DNA of 23,718 bases from Bugula neritina (lineage: Eukaryota; Animalia; Bryozoa), in the NCBI GenBank assembly GCA_964035545.1, contig CAXIUT010000171.1:1-23718 (forward strand), given 5' to 3'. Positions within the stretch are counted from its first letter, which is position 1, and every line of letters begins with the position of its first letter. The translations under genes and the position numbers were made by a program. The notes under the pieces are model-generated. The model was not told the DNA's origin. It saw only the letters and a list, made by a program, of their open reading frames with translations, and ran no database searches. Below, piece by piece: positions 1 through 11,700 of the stretch.

Positions 1-100
1 CCCAACCCCAACCCCAACCCCAACCCCAACCCCAACCCCAACCCCAACCCCAACCCCAACCCCAACCCCAACCCCAACCCCAACCCCAACCCCAACCCCA
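1..100 (+). repeat. Left telomere, (CCCCAA)n (C4A2, Tetrahymena-type repeat)
   Basis: Perfect hexamer array at the window start. The C-rich strand is 5', as expected for a left chromosome end. It begins 5'-CCCAA. Confidence 0.98.
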
Positions 101-160
101 GAATGAATATTTATATTAGTAGATGATACTATGATATTGGAAATTTAATAGAATGTTAGA

Positions 161-1316
161 TCAGTTTTCTTTCGGCTTGAATACTGAAAAGATTGGAATT
201 TCCAGCACTTCAGCGATATGTTTGAACACAGTTATTATAAAAGTGAAATATTCCACAACTGTGAAGATAGCCACCCCATAAACAACTATAACAGGACTTA
301 TTAAACTTTGTCCAAAAAGAACATAAACTATCTATAAAATGCAATAATACCTGAATAAGTGATACAGAAGACAAAGACAGATGGAGTGAACTGATAGAAT
401 GTCTGCTCAGCCACAGAACAAATTAAAGTATATGTCACAGTGCGTGAAATAGTACAAGCCATAGCTATTCCGATTAAAGTTGAATAGTTATCCACCAAGT
501 TACTTTGAAGAGAAATCAAAGCAAGAGTCGCCACTATCATTGCCATATGAATTAAATCGTAAAAAGCTCTTCCTACTTTCTTAGTAAATTTATCTCCTGC
601 TTGAAATATCACTGAATAAACTTGAACTAACTTAGACAAGACTTACTTGGAGTCGACATTATTATGAGAATAGCTATTATCGAGTTGAGAAGATAAGTTT
701 ATCCAAATATAGTAATAGGAGTAGCCCAGTATGATTGTCCGAAAATAGCTGAAGCGAGGGCTGTTAGCCAGATGATGGCAATACCGTCATCGACTCCATT
801 GACCGTACCTAAAATAAGAATCCCATTTGACCAATATTGACACCATGCACTGATATAGAAGCTTACAATAATGGAGAGAAAAGTCCAAATAAAAAGATAG
901 GGGTTATCAACACATAAGCATCGAGCCATGCCTGCGGTCAGACAAATTACACCTAGAGCATCACAGCCGTGATCCATAATCATTCCCAGTGGAGAAGAAT
1001 TTTGAATTCTACGAGCTTGCTTTCCATCTACATTATCCATCATTTGATAGAAACAGACAGAAAAAGCATATAAAAAGACAGACCAAGTAGGAGCAGGTCC
1101 ATTGAATGGTTTTTGCATACAGATGATAACTGTAGCTATGGCGTGAGTTAAAAATCCAATGATAGTGATGACGTTTGGAGCAACATTTCTCGGCATTCTT
1201 AAAGTTATCCATTAAGCAATAGGGCTCCATAGATAATTATAAGAAAATGCGATATTACCGCCTTTATATTTGTAGGCTCTAATCTTTTCATCACCTTATT
1301 TTGTAACAAAATCCAT
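161..1316 (-). CDS. Choline/ethanolamine phosphotransferase (CDP-alcohol phosphatidyltransferase, CEPT1/EPT1 family), ~370 aa
   Basis: MDFVTKEGDEKIRAYKYKGG...APNVIT...DNVDGKQARRIQNSSPLGMIMDHGCD (CDP-alcohol motif), with multiple hydrophobic helices. The frame requires GT-AG introns at 627-646 (20 nt) and 328-350 (23 nt). Spliced length is 1113 nt; TGA at 161-163. Confidence 0.93.
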
Positions 1317-1402
1317 ATTTAAAACTACTTTATTATTAAAATATTCTCATCAACAAATAATTAATCATAGTCTAAATATCTTTAAAAACAATTTACTACT
1401 AA

Positions 1403-3636
1403 TCAATCTAAGGCATAAACGAAAGGTGCCTAAAAAGCTATATATTGAGCCTGCAATTTTTGGAATAAAGACTATTTGTTTATTACTGGTAACTGACTCT
1501 CCTTAATTTCATCATCTTCAAGTTTTTACAATTGTTCCACCTATTTCTATTCCGATTTAATATCTATTTTAACTTTGCCTTCTTGCTATTGATCTTTAGA
1601 AAGATCATTTCCTTCACTTTTCAACTACTTAGTTATCTCTTATTTATTTTCAGTTATATTACTTTTTTCTTTAATAAATTCTTCTTATTTAAGTTTTATT
1701 TCGATTTATTGTTTTCTTTTTTCTTGAACTTCACTAGATTAATCAAAATATGTAGTAAAATGATTGAATGATTCTTCTTATGTTTAACCAACATGAGGTA
1801 TAACTTCTATTGATTATTTTTGCCAAAACTTTCCCTTTTCTGATGCTTTCTTTATGATCATTATTGCCACAAATCCTACTCTAAAGACTACATCGACCTT
1901 TTCTATTTTATCTTTGATCATTTCTGATACTATTAAGTGTTCAAATTTAGCAAAGGGATTACTCTTTTTATTACTATTCCAAAGAATTAAAAATTATTGA
2001 TCATATAAGTTTAAAAATTTAACATCTTCTTTACTATAATTTTTCATAGTAATTACAATAACTACTTTATCTGCAGTCTATTGAAAAAGATGTCCAATTC
2101 TTCTTGATTATCCTCGTTTTCCTTCTTATTGTTTTTTATTTTTATAATAATTACTAATTGTAAACTTTTTATCGACTTTCCTTACCTCTTATTGTATCTC
2201 CTCAGTTTGATCAACTGTAGGAGCTACTTCTTTTTTATCCTAAATAATATCTTCTTCATCTATTTCTTCAATTAGTTTTGGCTTTTCTTCCTATTTTTAA
2301 GTTTATTGTAACATTTTAACTGAAACATTTGGTTCTGTAAAGTCAAGAACTTTACTTTTCCACACTTAATCTTCAACCAATTTATCTTATTCCTCTTTTT
2401 TAGGCTCTTCTTGAGCCTTTTAAGGTTAGTAACTGACACTTTGGTCAACTGGAATAGTTATTCTAAGACTCTTTTTCTTTTTATCATACTTAGCCTTGGC
2501 ACTTGAAGTTTGTAGAGTATACTTAACTTTCAACTCTTAGAGTTAAAGATCAATAAAATATTTCTAACCTATTTTCAAAAGAATATTCTTGTCATTAATT
2601 TCAAGAGTCTGACCAGCAACTTCTTCTATCGATTCTACTCTTGGAATCTTGAACTCTATGTTAAAACTTTTGGGAATTTTATTCCTCTTATTTAAAGGAC
2701 TATCAATATATTATGAATAGTCAACTGGGTAAGTATAGATAGTTGAATATTTCGGTCTCTGCACTCCTTGTTCCAAATCAACCACCAATTTTGGTTTATC
2801 ATCATCAATATCTTCTTCTTTTTCTTATTCTTCTTCATTTTTTTATTTTCCTTTTTCCTTATTATATTCCTCCTTCTGTTTTTCTAATTATTTCTGCAAT
2901 TTAGTTTATCTACCTTCCATATCTCTTTCTGGTTCGTTAGTAGGTCCCTCTCCCTTATTATACATTCTTCCTTCAATATATCTGATAGGCATAAGAGCAG
3001 GTTTTCCATCATTTCCTTTACAGATAAGATTCTTTAATATAACATAATCCCTTGATAGCTTTTCTTTACGTTCTCCTAGTTGTCTTTAAGTTGCCTATAG
3101 AGCAATATTGATCATCATTTCTTGAAATTCTTTCTTATTAGCAAACATAAAGGTATCTGGATGAAAAGCAATATCTACAACTTGGCATGGGTCGCTTTCT
3201 AAATAAATGAAACTGTACTCTTGTCCTGGTCATATCTAATTTTTCCCATAGAATTAGGTATCTTCCAGTTGAATCCAACATGTCCATCAGATGTTGGAGC
3301 TGGCTAGCAACTTGGCTTCTAAAGATATTAACTTTCACACATATTTATGAAAAACTTCATTTAGTGTTGTTTGTTCTTTTGAGATACAAGAAATGTTCTA
3401 AAACAAAATCTAGGTTTAACTTCTACTATTTTCATGTGTTTTGGTAGTTATTTTTACCTTTCTAATTGTCTAAGATATTAGTCATATTCATTCTTATTCT
3501 TGGGATCAGATATTTATATCATGTACTCATTAAGTAGTCCCATAAATTAAGGTTTTTTCATTGATTTTTCTATTTTTTTGAGGTCTTCCCTCGTCATGTT
3601 GTCCAACTTGATATCAGGTTCTTGTCCTCTATCCAT
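1403..3636 (-). CDS. DNAAF2: Kintoun / dynein axonemal assembly factor 2 (PIH1 + CS-like domains), ~737 aa
   Basis: With TAR=Glu: KPEFMGLLNEYMIEISDPKNKNEYDEYLRQLE...FFINMC...WKIPNSMGKIRYDQDK...VVDIAFHPDT...IALEATE; later AKAKYDKKKRVLRITIPV; C-terminus FVYALD*. One 20-nt intron at 3199-3218. Confidence 0.88.
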
Positions 3637-3699
3637 TTAAATTATATTTGATTAAACTAATTTAAGATAAGTTATAAAATAGGTACAACTATAAATGAA

Positions 3700-5284
3700 T
3701 CAGCTCACCCAAATACCTTAGTTTTCCTTCAAATTTATATTTGTACTTCCTTTTTTAACCAAAAAGTTAGTCCCAACAGTATACCCTTTTATCGATGATA
3801 TAAACTGTTTTCCATATATTTTAGCTAGTTATAAGTTAGCAACTTTAAATCCTTAAACATCTTTAAATTTAAAGCTTTCCAAAAAAGTTTGTTAAATTTA
3901 GACTTCAAGAAAATCATTTTAAACTCCAAATCCAATCAAATAAATGATTTTAGCATCGAAATCTAAATAAAAAAACAAGATACCCAGCATTATAGGAGAA
4001 GGAGAAACACCCAATAAATTACATTTACAAGTCCAAGTTAAAGAAGTATGCAATTTATCACTAAATTAATCAATGCCGATTGTATGCAATTAAGTCGGAT
4101 TACATTGAATGCGGATATCATTGAGGTAGTTTGATTGATATTGACCAAAATTTTAAAGAATTGGCTATAGGTCAATCAATCTAAAACCAAAATAGCTTTG
4201 TTTGTAGGTAGATCGATCATAAGTATTGTTTTTCCATTTTTTGTTTTGATCTAAATTATATCTGACAAAATTTTATATAAATTTAGTCGAAATAAGAGTA
4301 TTAAATACACTCTACTACTATTAATTGTCTTAAATTTGTTTTTATTAATTATTTTGAAACCTTGATGAAGTCTAATATTCAATACTATTTAAAGATGATT
4401 AATAGTTAAAGTTGTTGATACTTCCTTTCATTGAATGAGAAATTCCTCCTTAAATTTATGCTATTTTATCTGTAGACATATTAAAAGTAACATTCATTCC
4501 ATTGAATTGATACAAATATGATGAATTGTAGGTAGGACTTAATTTCTGCCTGATCAAATTTTAACTAAAATATCCTAATATTAATTCAGCTGTAAATTCT
4601 TCACTTTTCAATAAAGATAAAATAGTTTTGTTCTTGCCTGAAGTATTATATATTTACCTAAATATCATTAAAAATCTACCTGAAACAATTCCATTGTTAA
4701 TCAAATCAAGACTTTTCTTTTATGTTGCGCTTGGACTACCAGAATAGTTCATTTAAAAACTTTTATCATCTACAAATATCTGCACATCTTGAATTTAAAT
4801 CAATCCAGAAATAGTATCAAGTAGCTTTATTATTTATTGAGTACTTTTGTATAGTTGAGATAGATTTTAAGATAGGTAGATCCGTTGTATGTTTTTTTGG
4901 TTGGTAGTTTGGGATGGAAGACAGCTTGATATGTCACTATCACATCTATTGAATCGCTAGTTATTGAGTGATGAGTTGATTATGTACTATCTATTATGAC
5001 AAGTACCTTGGATCAATAACTCGACCTGAACCGTTGTAATGAGTTTTATAAATAAGATTGCTAACTTCAACACTATCAGTTGTAAAATTGGTCGTTCTAA
5101 AATTATTTCTTGATAATTGCGTTGAAGATGCTTGTTTAAAATCATCCATTGGGATATCGAAAGGGACTATCATTTCAGTTACATAGGTGCGATCGATTTC
5201 TAGACTATCCTTAGATGCTAGTTCGATATTAGAGACCTAAATTGTAAGAAACAATATTGTCAGAATGATATCTTTGAATTACAT
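3700..5284 (-). CDS. Hypothetical secreted protein, ~500 aa (BPI/LBP-like fold is a weak guess)
   Basis: Hydrophobic N-terminus (MEFKDIILTILFLTI). Open to TGA at 3700-3702 after removing 20-nt introns at 4987-5006 and 4825-4844. Possible in-frame introns at 3963-3983 and 4638-4679. Family not recognised with confidence. Confidence 0.7.
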
Positions 5285-5357
5285 TTTTAATTATTCTATC
5301 AAATTTAATTTATGATCGAACTTATTTAAAAGTTGATAATAGATAATAGAAATTTAA

Positions 5358-6458
5358 ATGAAAACCATTGTAGTTTTTCTTTTGCTCTTTTTCAATGTTT
5401 GCTGTCAACTCTCAAACTCATAGGTTGATTCTTGTAACTGTGAGAATCAAGGAAAGTGTCAAATTTTTAAAAACACTACTTTTTGTAGTTGTTCTTAAAA
5501 CTTCCTTGATAAAAAATGCTCAATTTCAGGAATGGAACTTCAAAATTAAAAATAAATCATCGAAATCACCAAAGATTACTCATACTTACTTGTTAACCTG
5601 AATTCAAGCCTCTTATATCTTCTATAGATAATACTCTGTCCTAAATAGTTCTCAAATGATACTCGTTTTGAACTATATATCTAGTTTGAAAAGACAGATG
5701 GTTCTCTAGAAAGAGATTTTACAGTTCATTAATTACAAACTTTTATTCCAAAACAAAACCAATGTATTATCTTCAATAAAGTTATAAGTCCTCCATATAA
5801 CAAATATGATGGTAAAGCTCCTCGAATAGTAACTAGAGTCAGGACAATACCCTTCAATAGTGCCTAGCTGGTTTAAAATTAAAAAAAATCACAACCGACT
5901 GTTTCTCAACTTAAAAAAACAAAAAATATATAAAATGATGGTCAAGGTGAAACTTCTTCTGAAAAAGTTGGTGAATTAATCAGATAAGATAGTGAGGAAA
6001 AGAAAGAATAAAATGTCGTAACTATGGAAGTCGTAGCTTTTAAATTTGTTCTTTATGGAAAGGAAGAAATGAAAACAGCACAATTTTTAAGTCTATTCGC
6101 AACTACCTTTTTGTTTGTTGCTTGTCTGGCATGCATATTCTTCCGAAAGGCTTTCCGACACAGAATGAATCGAAATAGCTTCCAAGCCGCTTAACCAGTT
6201 CAAGATATTTCGCATTTTCAGGAAATAATGCCGCCAGTTTACAATTAAAAGAATAATACCTAGGAGGAAGAAGATGAATGCCTGATATGTCTTTTAGGAA
6301 TTTCTTAATCCTATACGAGAACAACTCCTTGCGGACATCTTTTCCACAGAGATTGTTTGGATCAGTGGGGAAGAAGGAGTCTTAACTGTCCGACTTGCAG
6401 AGGATCTCTGGCCAGAGATTCTTTCATTCTTACATAGGAAAACGAATCAACTTAGTGA
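5358..6458 (+). CDS. Signal peptide + EGF-like domain + transmembrane helix + RING-H2 protein (receptor-like E3 ligase), 366 aa
   Basis: Intronless 1101-nt frame. [16 protein letters not shown]; EGF-like [29 protein letters not shown]; [22 protein letters not shown] followed by RK; RING-H2 CLIC-x13[10 protein letters not shown]10-CPTC. Confidence 0.9.
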
Positions 6459-6489
6459 ATGATTATATCGATATATTAAAATACTAATA

Positions 6490-7440
6490 TCATGGTAAAA
6501 ATTCAACTCCCATAACATAGCAAACTTGAGTATTGATAGGTTTAAAGAGCAGTCCGCACCTTTCCTTAGTTATTTTTGAGTGTCCTCTTGGTCTTAACTT
6601 CAACTTAGTAGTTTATCCACTGAAAAGGACTATAGACTACATGGACGAAATAACTTTTCCTTTTGCTTCTACTTATAGCTATAGTTTTGAAATCTCTTCA
6701 TTAATACTTAATTCCAACTGATATTATCCGATCTTATTGGCTTTGATCTTGATAAGAGTCATTTGTCCTTGTAATAAAGTCACTATTTCTGAATTTCCTT
6801 CATATTTCAATGAAAGCTTAGGTGACATATAGTGAATATGGAATCGTATACTCACTGGAGAAATGATATCATCTCTTCCGATAAATTCAGTTAAAGCTAC
6901 GACTGTTTCAATGGCGTCTCCATATTCCTGGCGTCCAGGTTCAAAAGAAAAAGTCAACTAAACCTTATCCCAAGCTTCAATTATAGTCTAGTATTGTCCT
7001 GCAAGAACAAATCCTAATTTTCTATCTTCTTGAATCAGAAAAGGACACTAACTAAAATTAAGACGAATGCGATTGGCAGTCGGATTGCTAAATCCAATAA
7101 CTTCTCTTACAGCTTGGCTTTCTATCAGCTATAGAGATATATTGGTTTTATCGACGAGGAGTAAGTTACTTTAAGTTGACTTTTTTCTTATCTAGAGATC
7201 ATTGGAAGAACACTCTTCACGTCGAACTACATCTAAGAAATCATCATTTTAGATTGAACTTTAATCAAGAGTCTGTTCTATCACCTGATGACCTGATCTA
7301 TACGACTCCTACATAGAAACGTTCTGGCTTATCTGATAGAGATTTACTGCTTTGATCGAAGGGTTGACCATATGCGAACTGTCTTGTTCTAGGAAAGAGG
7401 AAGCTAGTTCTGAGGGTAGTTATTAACTGTTCATTTACAT
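6490..7440 (-). CDS. Hypothetical protein, 316 aa, possibly with ASH/MSP-type Ig-like domain(s)
   Basis: Intronless 951-nt frame ending in TGA. Acidic low-complexity N-terminus, then beta-rich segments EVIGFSNPTANRIRLNF and IEAWDKVELTFSFEP resembling ASH/MSP patterns. Domain call tentative. Confidence 0.72.
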
Positions 7441-7498
7441 AAATTCAAATTTTATCTTATTATTAAACCACCAAAAAGTAATCAAAATAATAAAAAAA

Positions 7499-7547
7499 GG
7501 TTGGGGTTGGGGTTGGGGTTGGGGTTGGGGTTGGGGTTGGGGTTGGG
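7499..7547 (+). repeat. Internal telomeric tract 1, (TTGGGG)n, 49 nt
   Basis: Perfect G4T2 array after an A7 run; ends TTGGG then ATCATTT. No opposing C4A2 tract follows. Confidence 0.97.
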
Positions 7548-7548
7548 A

Positions 7549-8475
7549 TCATTTGCAGGAACAAGTATTTGCATCTAGAAATTTATTAGCAGGACAGATA
7601 ATATTTTAAGGACAGAGACATGAACAAGTCCCTAAGTTCCACTTTTTAGGAGATGGACAATTGCTCTGAGCAACTCCACAGGCTTTTTTCATGCACTTAC
7701 ATATACTATAGTCCCAAATTTGACCCTAAGGACATTCTTTAGAAGCACATTTACACAAACAAGAAGCTGGATCTTGTTCCAATTCTCCAAGGCAAAGTCT
7801 AGTTCTGCACTGACAAGCACAAATATCTTCATCATAGTAGTGAGTTCGAGGGTCGCAGTGAACAAATATTTGATTTTTGCACTTACAGCCGCAAATATTT
7901 TTTTGAATGGCAACTTTATGCTGAGGACAGAAAAAGGAAGAGGAGCATTAGCAAGAACAAGTTTTGTAGTTGTAAAAAGTTGCTGGATTACATGTGAAAC
8001 AATTCGATTGGTCTTGAGTTACTTTAAAGATAATACCCATTCCTCCTTGCTTATTGATGTTAACTATAGTCAAGTTATTCGTTCCACAAAGAAGATGAAT
8101 TTTGATTGTTGTGACTCCTGGAAAACTTACTGTATTACTACCAATAGGTTGATTATTAAGATAAGCGATAAAATAATCATCACCAACTATCAATAAATTT
8201 GCTAGAGAATTTGAACAGTCTGAATGAAATAAACTTTGAAAAACTATTTTATATCCATTAGGAAAAACATTATCTTTTTATTTTGGTTTTATATTGACGA
8301 AAAATGGTTGAGGGTTAGATGTTCCAAGAGGTTTGAAATAATTGTTATGAGAATCTGAAAGAATCACTGTTTAGCTTTCTGAAATACAGGTAGTAGTTGA
8401 TGGATCTGAATATGCTATTATACTATTAGCCACTATATTCACCAGAAAGAGACTCAATATTAATATTTCTTTCAT
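7549..8475 (-). CDS. Secreted Cys-rich protein with N-terminal beta-sandwich-like domain and 7 CXCXC (Balbiani-ring-3-like) repeats, 308 aa
   Basis: Intronless 927-nt frame. Signal peptide MKEILILSLFLVNIVA; IVGDDYFIAYLNN...LLCGTNNLTIV; repeats ending TCSCEC, ICGCKC, ICACQC, SCLCKC, ICKC, TCSCLC, TCSCK*. Confidence 0.88.
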
Positions 8476-8529
8476 AATTTAATATTATAACTGTCATATT
8501 ATCATTTGAATTTGAATTTCATAAAAAAA

Positions 8530-8616
8530 GGGGTTGGGGTTGGGGTTGGGGTTGGGGTTGGGGTTGGGGTTGGGGTTGGGGTTGGGGTTGGGGTTGGGGT
8601 TGGGGTTGGGGTTGGG
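8530..8616 (+). repeat. Internal telomeric tract 2, (TTGGGG)n, 87 nt
   Basis: Perfect G4T2 array after an A run; ends TTGGG then TATTG. Confidence 0.97.
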
Positions 8617-8713
8617 TATTGTTTTAAAAAGGTTATATTTTGTTTTATATTTACTTTATTGTTTTAGTAATCTACTTATCACAGAACTAGTAATAACAAA
8701 TTATTAATAGATA

Positions 8714-11700
8714 ATGGATGATTGTATTTCAAGTTAAACTGATCAAACACCACCAACAAGTAGTGTCCACACTATGAGAACAATGGTACCCATGCGTTTC
8801 AGACTAACCGACCCAAAAGCTCTCTCCCTAAAAAACAATCAAGGAGGAATTCTTAATCAAATAAAAAAAATCCAAATAAAAACCCCAAAAAGATAATAAA
8901 ACGATGATTAAATATTCGAATTAAAGTTTTGTTAACAGCTTAGTGAATAACATCTCCTTGTAGGCAACTAATATCAATTAAATCTGCTCAACTTTTCAGG
9001 AATTACTGATGACTATGCTTAAATAGCAAGTAATTGGAACATTTGTCTATCTTAGAAGATATCATCAGTATCAGTTGTCAGAAGACGTATCTATGATCTT
9101 ATTTAGTGAGAAAGATATTTTTAATATGTGGAAATCTGCTCTACTGCTATGGTTATAAAGACGATTCAATAGAAACACCTCCAATTTTTTACCAAAAAAT
9201 AATACTAAAACATGCAATAGATGCAATATAAACGCCTAAAATAGATATCCTTTTGGTATTTACATCAACCTATCTAACAGTATTTCAAATGTACAATCCA
9301 AATGGTATATTTTAGTTCAATAAATTACTATAGAAATAATATCTTCCAGAATCTAGTAAAAAGTTAAAGATAAAATTTTTATCTCTTCCAAAATAAACCA
9401 ATCATTTTAGTCTATTCTTTTAACATACTGAATAAAGCTAAGAAACACAAAGTTAACAACTAGCAACAACTCTAATCTAACCTAAAGCAAAAGTGACCAT
9501 CTACTCTCTCAGAATTCAATACAATCGACCTAAAGATTATCATAATTGGAAAAATATAAAAGTTCATAGAAATAGGAATCAAATTTAGAGATAAAGGGTC
9601 TCTTAAAATATAACATTACAAAGATGATATCTTTTTGGTATCGGTAGGTTTGTCGATTCTAGCAGCAAGACATAACTATATCATCGATACTATTCAATTT
9701 TTTACATCTAAATCAAACGCTTTCATCGAGAATTTGTCTACTAAAGAACTGATGCATTATTAAAAATAAAATTTTGATCATTACTATTACTCACTAAATT
9801 AGTAACATAAACCTCAAAAGTTTTAATTAACCTGTATTGACTCAATAGCTGTGAGTAAACCTACTCTACGTAGTTCATTTTTTTCAATTAAGCAAATAGG
9901 ATCTAAAATATTATTTTTTTTTCAATAAAAAAAACAAAAAAGTTCTAACTAACTTAACTTTTGGATAGGAATCAGTGATAAAGTTGATAAAAGTCATAAA
10001 ATCAAATAAATATTCTAAGATAACATTGTCTTTAATGAATAAACTACCAAATAAATGATTAATTAAAAAATATAAGCTGCTCTGAAAATTGGATTTACTA
10101 AAAATTAAGCATATCTAGAACTATGGAATCGTTCTTCTAAAAGTAATAAAAAAGATTATTAACTTCTTATTGCAACTGAACACTACTGTATTATAAAAAA
10201 CTAGCTTTAAAAAAAGTTTAGAAGCCACTCTCTTAGCTACCATGAAGTCTTCCTAGTCCTCAGAAGTGCACTTGATATGCTCCAACAAACCATTATCAAT
10301 AACTGTACAAGCGAAGTAGTCAAGCAACTTGCAATGTGTCACTTTCTTTTCTGCAAAGTCTAAATGTTCTAAAAAATATAACAGGCAAAAAACCCATAAA
10401 AGTCTTTAGGAATGACCATAAGCATTCAAGATTACTACTATCTCAACAATATGTAACTTTAGACAACTCTATTCTAACTACTAAACCAATATCTCATCGA
10501 TCGTAAACCAGTTATTATCAATATAAGAGCCTTACTGAGTCAATTTTCTTTAATATTTAGAGTTCTTTACCACATCATACTTCCCAAAATAATTAATCTT
10601 TTTGGTAGTCATTTTCTTCATCTTATACAAACCATTCCTGAAATTTTACCTATTTAAGCTAACACAGATGATAGATATGATATTACAGGAGGACCTTGGA
10701 GCAAAGTTAATCTATCAACTACAAATGATTTCTTATTATTAGCTAATTTGATAGATTTGGATACTAAAGCTTCAATTCAGGAATTTGTTAATTCCAAATT
10801 TTATAAAATTTATCAGTGGAATACTCATGGAGCTTTCAGCGATTCTATCAAAAATATCTAAAAGAAAATAAGTTTAAATAGTAGCTAGGCTATTTTTACT
10901 CAATTATACTCTCTTCTTCATCTATAAATAGAAAAAGCAAAATAAAATTCATGCAGAAAAGCAGCTCATTAACACTAAATATACATTCAAAAAATAATTT
11001 AACACGTATAAACTTACAACCTCTTACCATAAAGATTAAAAGGTAAGTTTCAATTTTATAGCAGACTCTACAACTGCTTCCGTAACTACTACAACAAAGA
11101 AAGAAGATCTTTTGTTAATTTAGAATCATTCTTCTCCCTTTCAGAAGATTAGTTGTTTCTGATGTATTTCAGAAAATAGAGAGCAGAAAAAGGTATATTT
11201 CTACTTAAATAAATCAAACCTATCTATTAGCGATCAGCTGTCAATGGAGATTAGATTTTTCTAAAAAATATGTTTTGGTTTTTCAAGACAGATGAATCAT
11301 CATGGTCAGATTTAAAAATAATTCTCAATAAATTCAACAGTTAAAAATAAGATTTTCATCTGAATAATGAATAAGTATTCGATATAATTGTCAAAGCAAT
11401 CATGTAAAAAGTAAAAATTGGTACTAATGATCCAAATTAACTTAGTTTAAGTGAAGTTATTGCCTATGTATAAAACCTTCCAGTTGAAATCAGAGATAGC
11501 TAACTTCTGCACAACCTAGTTTCTCTGAGAGATTTACACTAGTAATAATAATTACTGAAAACTATCAAAATAAATATGAGTTTGAGATAGATTTTAGATA
11601 GAGGAGAAGAAGTGATCTTCAAAATGACAGAATACTAAATATAAAAACTCAAAGTGTGCAATTTAACAGAACCAAGAGAGATATTGCTTTATGCTTATAA

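Noticed and set aside
7464-7478. TAAACCACCAAAAAG as a Tetrahymena-like Cbs
   Set aside because: Only a partial match to TAAACCAACCTCTTT, not seen at other ends, and Cbs is normally lost on breakage.
7547-7550. GATC at junction 1 as a restriction-ligation (Hi-C/Pore-C) scar
   Set aside because: The other two junctions lack it, and many GATC sites in the window are intact.
7549-7551. TGA read as Cys/Sec completing a final CXCXC
   Set aside because: TGA terminates all other genes, another repeat also lacks the third Cys, and no SECIS can be supported.
7499-8616. Repeat tracts as CRISPR array, transposon ends or telomere-bearing element
   Set aside because: These are simple hexamer arrays in direct orientation. 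There are no spacers, inverted termini or target duplication, and no transposase or RT was recognised in the window.
8632-8667. 36-nt GT-AG intron upstream of the large gene
   Set aside because: Far from the 20-23 nt norm, not needed for frame, and easily arises by chance in AT-rich DNA.
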